Position numbers and translations under genes: made by a program | Assembly: GCA_963709585.1 (NCBI GenBank) | Contig: CAVPXI010000006.1 | Location: 128,001 to 192,000, forward strand | DNA length: 64,000 bases | Source: Candidatus Dormiibacterota bacterium | Lineage (GTDB): Bacteria; Chloroflexota; Dormibacteria; Aeolococcales; Aeolococcaceae | Direction of reading: 5' to 3' | The notes under the pieces: generated by a model | Told to the model about the DNA's origin: nothing | The model's database searches: none | Seen by the model: the letters and a program-made list of their open reading frames with translations, nothing else | In this document: positions 21,301-30,445 of the stretch, piece by piece | How positions within the stretch are numbered: the first letter of the stretch is position 1 | How the letters are laid out: each line of letters begins with the position of its first letter

Positions 21301-22415
21301 GTGCCGATGCCACCGGGGTTGGTGAGCGTCAGGGTCGCGCCCTGGAGCTCGTCCGCGGAGAGCGCGTTGGTGCGAGCGCGTTCGATCAATCGCTCGTACT
21401 CGTCGCGGAACTCCTTGAACCCGAGTTCCGAGGCATTCCGGATGACCGGGACGACCAGCGAGCGCGACCCGTCCTTGCGGACGCTGTCCACGGCCAGGCC
21501 GAGGTGCGCTGCTCCGGCCACGCGTGCGGGTTTGCCGTCGTCGGTACGTGCGAAATGGGTCGTCATCGCCGGGCTCGCCTCGGCCGCCTGCGCGATCGCG
21601 TATCCGATCAGGTGGGTGAATGACACCTTGCCCGAGTTGCCACCGGCGGCGAGGGCACTGTTCAGCTGGCGCCGGCGGCTGTCGAGGACGTCGACACCGA
21701 CTGTGCGGAACGACGTCGCCGTCGGGATGTCGCGGCTGCGCTCCATGTAGTCGACCAGCGCCGCGGCCGGACCCCTGATCGGCTCGGCGTGCTCGCCGTC
21801 GACAACGCGCACGCTGGTGTCGTGTCGCGGTCCGCCCGTCCGGGCGACGAGCACATCCCCCTTGGTCACGATCCCGCCCGGGCCCGATCCGGGGACCGCG
21901 TGCAGATCGACGCCGTTTTTCGCGGCCTCGCGCCGCGCGAGCGGCGCGGCATCGACATCCGAGCTGTCCGAGGTGATGGTCGGTCTCGAGGCTACGGGGA
22001 CAGCCGGCGGCGTGGGTGGAGCCTGCGCGGGGGCGGGTTCCGGGACGCTGGGGGCGGGCGCCACAGCCTCGGTCCCAGCCGCTGCGGGCTCGGGCGCCAC
22101 GGCTTCGGTCTCCACCACTGCGGGCTCGGGTGGTGGCGCGGGCGCTGGCGCGGTTGCGGGAACCGCCGCGGGGCCCGGCGCGATGACCGCGAGCGTTGCG
22201 CCGACGGCGACCGTCTCGCCCTCGGCTGCGATGATCTCGGTGAGCCGTCCGGTTGCGGGCGCTGGCACTTCGATGTCGACCTTGTCGGTGGTCACCTCGA
22301 CAACCGGCTCACCCTCGTCGACGCTGTCCCCCACAGCCTTGAGCCAGCGGGACACGATCCCTTCCGAAACCGACTCACCCATCGCCGGGAGGGTCAGCGA
22401 AACAGGGTCAGCCAC
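18305..22415 (-). CDS. kgd: Fused 2-oxoglutarate dehydrogenase: lipoyl + PSBD + E2 acyltransferase + E1 (Kgd/OdhA-like; frameshift near 20500)
   Basis: TDKVD lipoyl motif, GSGPGG PSBD, YDHRVIQGAESG, GMPHRGRL, HGDAAFAGQG, WEAQYGDF, GPEHSSARIERF. Confidence 0.92.
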
Positions 22416-22440
22416 CCTTGAATCGTCTCACCTTCGCTCT

Positions 22441-22986
22441 TCAGCAGTGCGGCTGGCCGTTGACCGCCGGTGAACCAGGGGGAGCGGGGCTGGCGAGCGG
22501 CGGAGGCACCGGAGTTGGCGTGGCGTTCGGAGGCATCGACGGCGCCACCGCGGGCGGGTCGATCAGGGGAGCTCCGAGGGTGGAGTAGCACCCCACCGGC
22601 GGTGTGCAGCCGGTGAGCACGAGCCCCCAGTCCGGTAACTGGGCGAAGCTGGTGCACTGCCAGTCGAGCGCGGTGGTCTGCACGCTGTTGTAGTCGTAGA
22701 CGACGTAGTCGTCGATCCGGCAGTGGTCGTTGGGCGTGATGATGAAGTGCTCGTCGACCGAGTTCGAGAAACCGTTGCCGAGGACGTCCAGCTCCATGCT
22801 CCTGCAGTGCCTGGCGGCCGCCTCGAAGCACGCGACGGCGGGGTCGGCCGAGATCGCCGCGGTATGCGCGGGGTTCGGCATTCCGCATTCGGGGGCGGTC
22901 GGATACCCGCACGAGCTCAGGCTGAGCGCGAGCAGCACCAGTGCCGCCGTCTGGATCATTGCGAGCTTGCGGGCGACTCTCCTCAT
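22441..22986 (-). CDS. Cys-rich lipoprotein with Pro-rich tail
   Basis: Lipobox LSSC after a hydrophobic stretch. Confidence 0.65.
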   Translation of the reverse strand: MRRVARKLAMIQTAALVLLALSLSSCGYPTAPECGMPNPAHTAAISADPAVACFEAAARHCRSMELDVLGNGFSNSVDEHFIITPNDHCRIDDYVVYDYNSVQTTALDWQCTSFAQLPDWGLVLTGCTPPVGCYSTLGAPLIDPPAVAPSMPPNATPTPVPPPLASPAPPGSPAVNGQPHC

Positions 22987-23065
22987 TCGCCGCGAGTTTA
23001 AGGGGCGTGCAGGACCGGCCCGGTGGCCGGATGAGTTCGAGCCGCGGGCGGGAGAGCCGGCATGC

Positions 23066-23350
23066 TCAGCTCGCCTGCGGCTTGTGCCCGTCTCCGGACC
23101 GCCGGCGCCAAGCGGCTCGGAGCCACTGCCGGGTAACCGGGATGAACTCCTCGTCGAGCAGCGCACAGGCGATAAGGACCACGACCGCGCATGCCAAGCC
23201 GATCAAGCCGCTCTGCCAGACCGCGAACGTGGGTCGGCCGCCGGTGCACGACCCGGTGCAGTTGTCGGTGACCTGCGCCGTCGCCAGGCCGAGCAGGATG
23301 CCGACGACGCCACCAACGGCGTAAAGGAGGACCGTCCTGGCCGTGTTCAC
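23066..23350 (-). CDS. Small two-TM membrane protein
   Basis: Two TM helices flanking a CxxxC loop; GTG start. Confidence 0.55.
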   Translation of the reverse strand: MNTARTVLLYAVGGVVGILLGLATAQVTDNCTGSCTGGRPTFAVWQSGLIGLACAVVVLIACALLDEEFIPVTRQWLRAAWRRRSGDGHKPQAS

Positions 23351-23491
23351 GCGATGAATATAGGCGCCGGGTGTTGGGAGAACGGGCGCCGACGCCGCAG
23401 CCGGCGGCACGACGCGGTGGTCCGGCGACGCGGCGACCTACACAAATCCGGGCAATGATATACTTGACGCACCGCGCGAGGGCAGCCCAGA

Positions 23492-23728
23492 ATGGCTGAT
23501 CTTGAAGGTCGCACCATTGACATTCGGGCGTTCGGAGCCATCGGCGACGGTATGGCCGACGACGGCGCGGCCATTGCCGCAGCCTTTGAAGTAGCGTTCG
23601 GAAGTGATCCTCGCGTATCAGGTCCTGCGTCACCTATCCAACCTCCAGGGGGTGACGGATGCGAGCATCCAGACGACTTGCCCCCAATGCGGGGTGGCTC
23701 TGACACTGGCGGAGGCGACGGTCGCTGA
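23492..23728 (+). pseudogene. Fragment resembling the N-terminal cap of pectate-lyase-3/beta-helix proteins
   Basis: IDIRAFGAIGDGMADDGAAIAAAF; no beta-helix body follows. Confidence 0.45.
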
Positions 23729-23942
23729 GGAGCGCGAAGTGACCGTCTACCGTTGCCCCAGAGACAAGGCCATCGTGATGCTGGTCACGCCGACCGGGAT
23801 CGACCCGGTTCCGGGATCGGGCTACCGTATTGGTGCCGAGGTTCTCCGCAATCCTGCGGATATCTATCTGAGCGTCGTCGGATCAGCGAACAAGGTGGGT
23901 TTCCCGGCCTCTCCCCACGCCCTCGACGGCTGGAGCCAGTAG
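23652..23942 (+). CDS. Small Zn-ribbon-like passenger protein
   Basis: CPQC...YRCPRD; G-rich RBS before GTG. Confidence 0.5.
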   Translation: MTDASIQTTCPQCGVALTLAEATVAEEREVTVYRCPRDKAIVMLVTPTGIDPVPGSGYRIGAEVLRNPADIYLSVVGSANKVGFPASPHALDGWSQ

Positions 23943-23957
23943 CAGAATACTAGGTAC

Positions 23958-23986
23958 TTGACACACTGCTCATTAGGTAGTACACT
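23958..23986 (+). promoter_or_regulatory. Sigma70-type promoter of the transposase (probably leaderless)
   Basis: TTGACA-17 nt-TACACT; ATG 6 nt downstream. Confidence 0.7.
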
Positions 23987-23992
23987 CACCTT

Positions 23993-24937
23993 ATGAGTTC
24001 GGAGCGGTTCCCCACCACCCTCCTGGCGGCTGTCAGGTACTTCGAGGACGAGGCTGTGTGCCGCGAGTTCCTCGCAGGGCTGCGCTGGCCGGTCGCCGTG
24101 TCGTGCGTCTTCTGCGGCTCGGAGAAGGTCGGGCACATCGCCACGCGGGCGCTGTGGCGCTGCAAGGACTGCCGTAAGCAGTTCAGCGTCAAGAAGGGGA
24201 CGATCTTCGAGGACTCCCCAATCCCCCTCTCCAAGTGGCTGCCTGCGATCTGGCTCTATTCAGCCGGCAAGAAGGGCCGCAGCTCGCACCAGCTCGCCCG
24301 CGATCTCGGCATCACCCAGAAGTCCGCGTGGTTCATGAGCCACCGCATCCGGCTCGCCATGGAGACGGAATCCTTCGACGCGCCGTTGTCGGGTGAGGTC
24401 GAGGTGGACGAGACCATCATGGGTGGCCACGACCAGAACAAGCACTCCTACCTTCGCCGTGGCACCTGGGGCAAGCAGGTCGGGAAGGTGGCTGTCATGG
24501 GCCTCTTGGAGCGCGGCGGCGACGTGCGGGCGAAGATGGTCCCCTCGCGCACTAGCGCCCGTCTTCAAAAGGAGATCCGTAGCAACGTGGCCCTCGGCTC
24601 CATCCTGTACACCGACGCGTTCGCTTCTTACCGTCACGGGCTCGAAGCCGATTACATCCATGAGGTTATCGACCACTCCGAGGAGTACGTCCGTGGGCGT
24701 GTCCATACCAATGGCATCGAGAACTTTTGGAGCTTGTTCAAGCGCGTGATCTACGGCACCCACCATTCCGTCGAGCCTTTCCACCTTGACCGCTACCTCG
24801 ACGAAACGGTCCTTCGGTTCAACACGCGCAAGATGACCGACGCTGGTCGGTTCTCCCTTACCGCTGCTCGCACGACTGGCCGTCGCATCACCTACAAGCA
24901 ACTCACCGGGAAGCTCGAAGAAGGAGCCATCGCGTGA
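23993..24937 (+). CDS. IS1595-family DDE transposase
   Basis: LRWP..CVFC...CKDCRKQFSVKKGTIFEDS Zn ribbon, VEVDET, YTD, HTNGIENFWS, YLDE..RFN. Confidence 0.96.
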   Translation: MSSERFPTTLLAAVRYFEDEAVCREFLAGLRWPVAVSCVFCGSEKVGHIATRALWRCKDCRKQFSVKKGTIFEDSPIPLSKWLPAIWLYSAGKKGRSSHQLARDLGITQKSAWFMSHRIRLAMETESFDAPLSGEVEVDETIMGGHDQNKHSYLRRGTWGKQVGKVAVMGLLERGGDVRAKMVPSRTSARLQKEIRSNVALGSILYTDAFASYRHGLEADYIHEVIDHSEEYVRGRVHTNGIENFWSLFKRVIYGTHHSVEPFHLDRYLDETVLRFNTRKMTDAGRFSLTAARTTGRRITYKQLTGKLEEGAIA

Positions 24938-25101
24938 GCGCCGCCAAATCGAGGCCGCCTCCATCGCCGCCCGACGAAGGGCAGTTCAGGAGTTTCGTGA
25001 CACGGCTCCTCCGCGTGACCAAGAGCGAAATCGACGCGAAGGAAGCGACACGCAAACGTAGACCGCCGCGCAAGGGCGGTGATAAGGTCAAGCCCGACTA
25101 G
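24934..25101 (+). CDS. Small basic protein translationally coupled to the transposase (55 aa)
   Basis: GTGA overlap and AAGGAG RBS; MSAAKSRPPPSPPDEGQFRSFVTRLLRVTKSEIDAKEATRKRRPPRKGGDKVKPD*. Confidence 0.6.
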   Translation: MSAAKSRPPPSPPDEGQFRSFVTRLLRVTKSEIDAKEATRKRRPPRKGGDKVKPD

Positions 25102-25123
25102 GCTTCGGCCTCGTTTGGAGGGA

Positions 25124-25156
25124 CCCGGGGGGCTAGGCGCAAACCAAACCCCCGGG
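25124..25156. terminator. GC-rich hairpin between convergent IS genes
   Basis: CCCGGGGG...CCCCCGGG; no U-tract. Confidence 0.35.
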
Positions 25157-25272
25157 GCCTTCCTCGTATCTGGACAGATTCGCCGCATCGACCGCCCCGC
25201 GCTCCAGCGGTCTGCGAGCCAGCTAACTCATACGCGGTTCGGTTCTTCCACAGGCATCACATCGCTCCTTTG

Positions 25273-25704
25273 CTAACTCAGGTCTGCGGGCTTGGATAGC
25301 ATCTTGTTCGAGAGCTTCCAGATGCTCGGCGCCCACTGACCGTCGCCCTGGCGTTCTGCTACTAGAACGCTCTGCTTCTGAAGGTCATGGAGCGCTTGAC
25401 GCAAGGTCTCCTTTGACGCCTTGCCCTCCCTGTTGCCCCCGAGCCATCCTCTCTTGAACATCTCATTGGCAAGGTCGCTGAGCAGCCATCCACGATTGCC
25501 GCTCTCGCGAAGAACAGTAACCGCGCCCTCGCGGATGGACGGACGCGCCCCGTTGGTTGTTGGGTTCGCGTACGGGGCAGGCGGTCCCGCGTAGTCCTCC
25601 AAGCCGATTATCAGGTTCTGGATCTTCGCCGCCCGCTCATGCAGCGTGTTCAGCTCAGCTCTCAACTCAGCGAGCGCGATGGTCATATGCTCCGAGGTGG
25701 CCAT
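25273..25704 (-). CDS. Coiled-coil plus putative winged-helix passenger protein
   Basis: N-terminal heptads, then SIREGAVTVLRE..GWLLSDLANEMFKRGW...TLRQAL; AAGGAG upstream. Confidence 0.65.
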   Translation of the reverse strand: MATSEHMTIALAELRAELNTLHERAAKIQNLIIGLEDYAGPPAPYANPTTNGARPSIREGAVTVLRESGNRGWLLSDLANEMFKRGWLGGNREGKASKETLRQALHDLQKQSVLVAERQGDGQWAPSIWKLSNKMLSKPADLS

Positions 25705-25731
25705 TTCCTAACTCCTTGGCTAGAATGGACG

Positions 25732-25806
25732 AGCGCCCCCGTCCGGAGTTCGAACCGGAAACCCCGACCTTCGAAAGCTGGGTCCAGATCCTCTGGCGGG
25801 GGCGCT
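25732..25806 (-). ncRNA. tRNA-like cloverleaf (degenerate tRNA-Arg(TCG)-like) inside the IS
   Basis: 10-bp closing stem AGCGCCCCCG/CGGGGGCGCT, arm CCAGA-GGA-TCTGG, imperfect arm with TTTCGAA loop, T-arm TCCGG-TTCGAACT-CCGGA. Confidence 0.6.
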
Positions 25807-26121
25807 ACACATTCTGAACTCCTCCCTGTGTTCAGCGCAAGGGGGGCTGTAGGGGATACAGGGAACAGGCGTTCTATCACTACCCCCCATATAGCGCGAT
25901 ATGGCCCGAGTCACCCTCCCCCATAAGGGCTTTGGAACCCTACGGTGAATATGGGACTCGACGCGTGCGGTGCCCTCACACGGGTGCGTCAGGCTGAACG
26001 CTGGGGGCCGGGCAACGCCCCGGCGGACGTTCGGGGAATGTACGGCCCGATCGCCAAGAGGGTTTGAGTGGCTCGCCCGGCCCTCCCGATCAGCATAGAC
26101 AGTCGAGGCTTGCCGTGCGGG

Positions 26122-26307
26122 CTAGACCGACCCATATCGTCGGCACTCAGAGCATCGTCGTCGCCCACCCTGGCCTAGCGTCTCCCGGTGATCCTCAAGG
26201 ATCTTCTGCGCTCGCTGGCACTCGCTCCGGTCGTGGTAGACCGCGGTGGCGTCCTTCCCGTAGCGAGGGTTGTCGATGCCCGTGTGAAACGCTGGGAGGA
26301 TCGCCAT
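26122..26307 (-). CDS. Small His/Cys metal-binding passenger protein (61 aa)
   Basis: VYHDRSEC...GQGGRRRCSEC. Confidence 0.55.
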   Translation of the reverse strand: MAILPAFHTGIDNPRYGKDATAVYHDRSECQRAQKILEDHRETLGQGGRRRCSECRRYGSV

Positions 26308-26572
26308 GACCTATATCGAAGCTTTCGGCTTAAAGATCCGCGCGCCGCACCCGACGCACTTGTGAGCAGGGCGTTCCTCGGGCGGGATCAACTCGGCTTG
26401 GTCAAAGTTCAGCGGGATGATCCGCTTGCTTCCGCACCCCGCACAGGTCATCGCTAGGCGCTTAGGGCTACGAACCGCCACAGTGTGAGGACGGTACCGG
26501 GGGAGGGAGTGGCTGTCGGTGCGCTACCGAACCCTAGGAATGGTGTGTCAACTATATCGTTGCCCAAATCCG

Positions 26573-26648
26573 TATACTCTCGAGAAGCCGGGATCCACCC
26601 GGTGCGGCCGGTGGGGCGACTGTCAGAGCGAACCTTTGGAGGTAGCCC
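26573..26648 (+). promoter_or_regulatory. Conserved -10 box and structured 5' leader, copy 1 (upstream half displaced by the IS to 23435-23450)
   Basis: TATACT; CCGGG-ATCCA-CCCGG; CGGCCGG; GGGGCGAC...GGAGGTAGCCC-ATG. Collinear with 31085-31171. Confidence 0.75.
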
Positions 26649-27012
26649 ATGCTTGGTGTTCACCGGTTCCGCGCGCTGGTCGGCGTGGCCGCGGCGGTCG
26701 GCGTCGTGGCCTTCGCCGTCCATGCCGGAGCGCAGAACTCCGACGCCCGGCCGCTATGTGAGTTGGGCACCACCGGCCGTCGCCACCGCGACGCCGGGGG
26801 CGGGCCCGGCACTTCCGATGGCGAGCGCCTCGCCCGCCGCGAACGCCGGACCACTTGGAGGTCTGTCCACGCCGCTCTCGGGGCTGTTCAAGCAGTTGAA
26901 CGCGAACACGGCGGCGACGGCCGGCGGCGAATACTCGGTGCTGCAGGACCTCGAACGCGCCCTCGCGGCTCACATTCAGCAGTTCTTGCATTGGGTCACG
27001 GGCGGACGATGA
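26649..27012 (+). CDS. Hypothetical exported/membrane-anchored protein, about 120 aa (frameshift near 26735)
   Basis: MLGVHRFRALVGVAAAVGVVAFAVHAGAQ joined to ...TPTPGRYVSW...QFLHWVTGGR*; GGAGG RBS. Confidence 0.6.
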
Positions 27013-27036
27013 ACGTCGGGCGGTCAGAATCGAGGG

Positions 27037-28900
27037 GTGCCACCTCCTCTCGTGCCAGGCGAAAAGCGCCGGCCAGACATCCGCAACGTCGCGATCATCG
27101 CGCACGTCGACCACGGCAAGACGACGCTTGTCGACGCCCTGCTCAAGCAATCGCGAGTCTTCGCCGCCCACGAACAGGTCGGCGAGTTGATCATGGATTC
27201 GAACGATCTCGAGAGGGAGAAGGGAATCACGATCCTCGCCAAGACCACTTCGGTTCGCTACAACGGGGTCAAGCTCAACATCATCGACACCCCGGGCCAC
27301 GCCGACTTCGGGGGCGAGGTCGAGCGAAGTCCTTGGGATGGCGGACGGGTGCCTGTTGCTGGTCGACGCCGCCGAGGGCCCGATGCCGCAGACGCGGGTC
27401 GTGCTTCGCCAGGCGCTCGCTCTCGGCCTGCAGCCGATCATCGTGGTCAACAAGATCGACCGCACCAACGCCCAGCCGGCCGAGACGGTCGAGGCCACGC
27501 ACGACCTGCTGCTCGAGCTTGCCAAGGAGTCGTGGCAGCTGGACGCGCCGATCCTCTACACCGACGCTCGCGAGGGCACCGCGACCGCCGACCTCACGCA
27601 CGCGGGCGTCACGCTCGAGCCCCTCCTCGACGCCATCCTCGAGCACGTGCCGCCGCCCCTCGCGGACCCCGACGGCCCCCTGCAGATGCTGGTGAGCAAC
27701 CTCGACCACGACAACTGGAGCGGCCGGCTCGCGCTCGGGCGGATTCAGCGAGGCACCGTGCATCCCGGACAGAGCGTCGTCTCCTGCACGGCGTCGGGTG
27801 CGGGGCGGATCGAACGGATCGCGACGGTGCTCACCGTCGAGGCGCTCCAGCGCCTGTCGGTGGAGTTGGCGTCCGCCGGCGAGATCGTCTACCTCTCTGG
27901 ACTCGCGGCGGTTGCCATCGGCGACACCATCGCCGACGCCGAACATCCCGAGGCTTTGCCGCGCCTCGAGATCGGCGAGCCGACGCTGCGGATGCAGTTC
28001 TCGGTCAACCAGTCACCGCTCGCCGGGCGCGAGGCAACCGTGAGCAGCACGTCACGACAGCTGCGCGCGCGCCTGGAACGGGAGTTGCTGACCAACGTCG
28101 CGTTGCGGGTCGAGGACGGGCCGACCGCCGACATCTTCGACGTGAGCGGACGCGGCGAGTTGCATCTCGCGATCCTCATCGAGACGATGCGCCGCGAGGG
28201 GTATGAGTTCGAGGTGTCGCGACCGGCGGTGATCACCAAGGAGGTCGACGGCGAGCGCGTGGAACCCGTCGAGGATTGCGTCATCGACTGCTCGGCGGAC
28301 GTGGTCGGCGCCATCACCGATGCACTCGGCAGTCGCGGGGCAAAGATGACCGCGATGCGAACCGACGCCGGGGGCGGTGTGCGCCTGACCTACCACGCGC
28401 CAACTCGCGCGCTCATCGGTTTGCGCAGCCAGATCCTCACACTGACACGCGGCACCGGCGTGATGGCGACACGGCTGCTCGGCTGGGAGCGCACCTGGGC
28501 GCTGCCCACGACGACGCGCGGCGGCGTGCTCACCGCGAGCCAACCGGGAACGGCTGTCGCCTACGGGCTGGTGACCCTCCAGGAGCGAGGGCAGCCGCTG
28601 ATCGCGCCGGGCACGCCGGTCTACGAGGGCATGATCGTCGGGCTCAACCGCCGGCCTGGGGACATCCACCTCAACGTGACCAAGCAGAAGCAGAAGACCA
28701 ACATCCGGTCGTCCACCGAGGACATGACCATCCGCCTGGTACCACCACGCAAGATGTCGCTCGAGGAGTGCCTCGACTTCATCATCGACGACGAGCTCGT
28801 CGAGGTCACGCCCGTGGGCATCCGCATGCGCAAGCGCGTGCTCAACGCGGACGAGCGCAACAAGCTCCGTAAGCGCTCGATGGCGACCGAGGCCGGTTAG
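27037..28900 (+). CDS. typA: Translational GTPase TypA/BipA (frameshift near 27328)
   Basis: [63 protein letters not shown]. Confidence 0.95.
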
Positions 28901-28924
28901 CGGAGGCGCCGACCCCTAGGGCGG

Positions 28925-29050
28925 TCAGCGCTCGGCCGGCGACTGCGCGGCGGTCTGAGCGGCGGCCTTCTTCGCCGCCTTGGCGATTGCGGCAGCCTTG
29001 GGCTTCTTGGCGTTGCGCTTCGGGGCTCCGCGGGTCTTCTCACTGGCCAC
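28925..29050 (-). CDS. Small Lys/Ala-rich basic protein (41 aa)
   Basis: AAGGAG 6 nt before GTG at 29050; MASEKTRGAPKRNAKKPKAAAIAKAAKKAAAQTAAQSPAER*. Confidence 0.55.
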   Translation of the reverse strand: MASEKTRGAPKRNAKKPKAAAIAKAAKKAAAQTAAQSPAER

Positions 29051-29326
29051 GGCCGTCTCCTTGTCAGTGTTGTCAGCTGATCCTGAGATTAGAACAAGTT
29101 CTGCTGCGAGCGACTCGAGGCTCGAGATCGAGGTGGCGGCGATGACGTATGGCGGCGGAACCCCGAAGATCCCGCGCTCGCTGAGCAACTTGATCGGCAC
29201 CGCGACAGCGCCGCTCGGGACCGTGGCAGGAGTGTACGTGGGCATCGGGTAGCAACCGGCAATGAGCGCGCCGAACCCAAATGCTGTCGCGATCCAGGCG
29301 ATGCTGCGCGCCACGGTCTCCATCAC
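29051..29326 (-). pseudogene. Lipoprotein-like N-terminal segment, in frame with the small basic ORF
   Basis: Lipobox IAGC; reads through an AT-rich stretch into 28925..29050. Confidence 0.35.
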
Positions 29327-29372
29327 TGCTCGCTACGCGCCCGGCCCCGGTAGGTTCCGGCGCACTCCCGAA

Positions 29373-30380
29373 TCAGGAGAACAGCGAGCTGTACCCGTTG
29401 AGCGCCGGCTGGCCACCGAGATGGGCGTAGAGCACCTTCGACCTGGGGTCGATCTCATTGCGCGAGATCATGTCGATCATGCCCGCCAGTGACTTGCCCT
29501 CGTACACGGGGTCGGTGATCATCCCTTCCAGCCGCGCGCCAAGCCGGATTGCATCGACAGTCCGCTGGTCCGCGAGCCCGTACGTCCCGGCGTGATAGCG
29601 AGCGTCAAGCACGATTTCGTCGCTGCGCAGGTTACGGCCGATCTCTATCAGCTCGGCAGTCTGTCGAGCAATCCGGGTGATCTGGTCGAGAGTTTCCTCG
29701 GGCTTCGCGGACGCGTCGATGCCGATCACCCGTCGCGGTCGCGCCTGGGCCGCGAAACCGGCGATCATTCCCGCCTGCGTGCTTCCCGTGACCGAGCACA
29801 CGATGACGGTGTCGAAGAAGACGCCAAGCTCTCGCTCCTGATCCTCCACTTCCTGCGCCCATCGGGCGAATCCCAGACCCCCAAGTGGATGATCGGACGC
29901 GCCGGCTGGTATCGGGTACGGCTTACCGCCTGCTGCTTCGACCTCGGCAAGCGCCTGCTCCCAGCTCGCTTTGAAACCGATGCCGAACCCCTCCTTCACC
30001 ATTCTGATGTCCGCGCTGAGGATGCGACTCAGCAGGATATTGCCAACCTTGTCATAGACCGAATCGTGCCAGTCGACCCAGCTCTCCTGGACGAGGACGC
30101 AGCGCAAACCGGAATGTGCGGCCACCGCGGCAACCTGACGAGTGTGGTTGGACTGAACACCGCCGATGGAGACCAGCGTGTCGCAGCCCTGGGCGATGGC
30201 ATCGGCGACCAGGTACTCGAGTTTTCTGGTCTTGTTGCCTCCGAACGCCAGTCCGCTGTTGCAATCCTCGCGCTTTGCCCACACCTCGGCGCCGCCCAGC
30301 GACCTGGTGAGTCGTTCCAGCGGATGCACCGGAGACGGACCGAACAGCAACGGCTGGCGAGCGAAGGCAGCGAGCTTCAT
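29373..30380 (-). CDS. acdS: 1-aminocyclopropane-1-carboxylate deaminase
   Basis: [37 protein letters not shown] and HLGG (the Glu/Leu pair that distinguishes ACC deaminase from D-cysteine desulfhydrase). Confidence 0.95.
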   Translation of the reverse strand: MKLAAFARQPLLFGPSPVHPLERLTRSLGGAEVWAKREDCNSGLAFGGNKTRKLEYLVADAIAQGCDTLVSIGGVQSNHTRQVAAVAAHSGLRCVLVQESWVDWHDSVYDKVGNILLSRILSADIRMVKEGFGIGFKASWEQALAEVEAAGGKPYPIPAGASDHPLGGLGFARWAQEVEDQERELGVFFDTVIVCSVTGSTQAGMIAGFAAQARPRRVIGIDASAKPEETLDQITRIARQTAELIEIGRNLRSDEIVLDARYHAGTYGLADQRTVDAIRLGARLEGMITDPVYEGKSLAGMIDMISRNEIDPRSKVLYAHLGGQPALNGYSSLFS

Positions 30381-30445
30381 GAGCCTCCAGGAGAGCCGAC
30401 GGCTGCGAGTCTATAGTTTGACGACGCAGCGAGAGGGCGGGCCGT

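Larger units (their letters stand above)
23451..26564 (+). mobile_element. IS1595-family element (3114 bp) with passenger ORFs
   Basis: TIRs GGCAATGATATACTTGACGCACC (23451-23473) and GGTGTGTCAACTATATCGTTGCC (26542-26564), 20/23 match. 8-bp TSD CAAATCCG at 23443-23450 and 26565-26572. Lower GC than the flanks. Confidence 0.93.

Noticed and set aside
25805-25816. Guide-like match between IS non-coding sequence (CTACACA) and the target flank
   Set aside because: Only 7 nt match; not significant evidence for RNA-guided targeting.
29091-29102. LexA box (AGAAC-AA-GTTCT)
   Set aside because: The spacer is 2 nt, not the 4 nt of the GAAC-N4-GTTC box.
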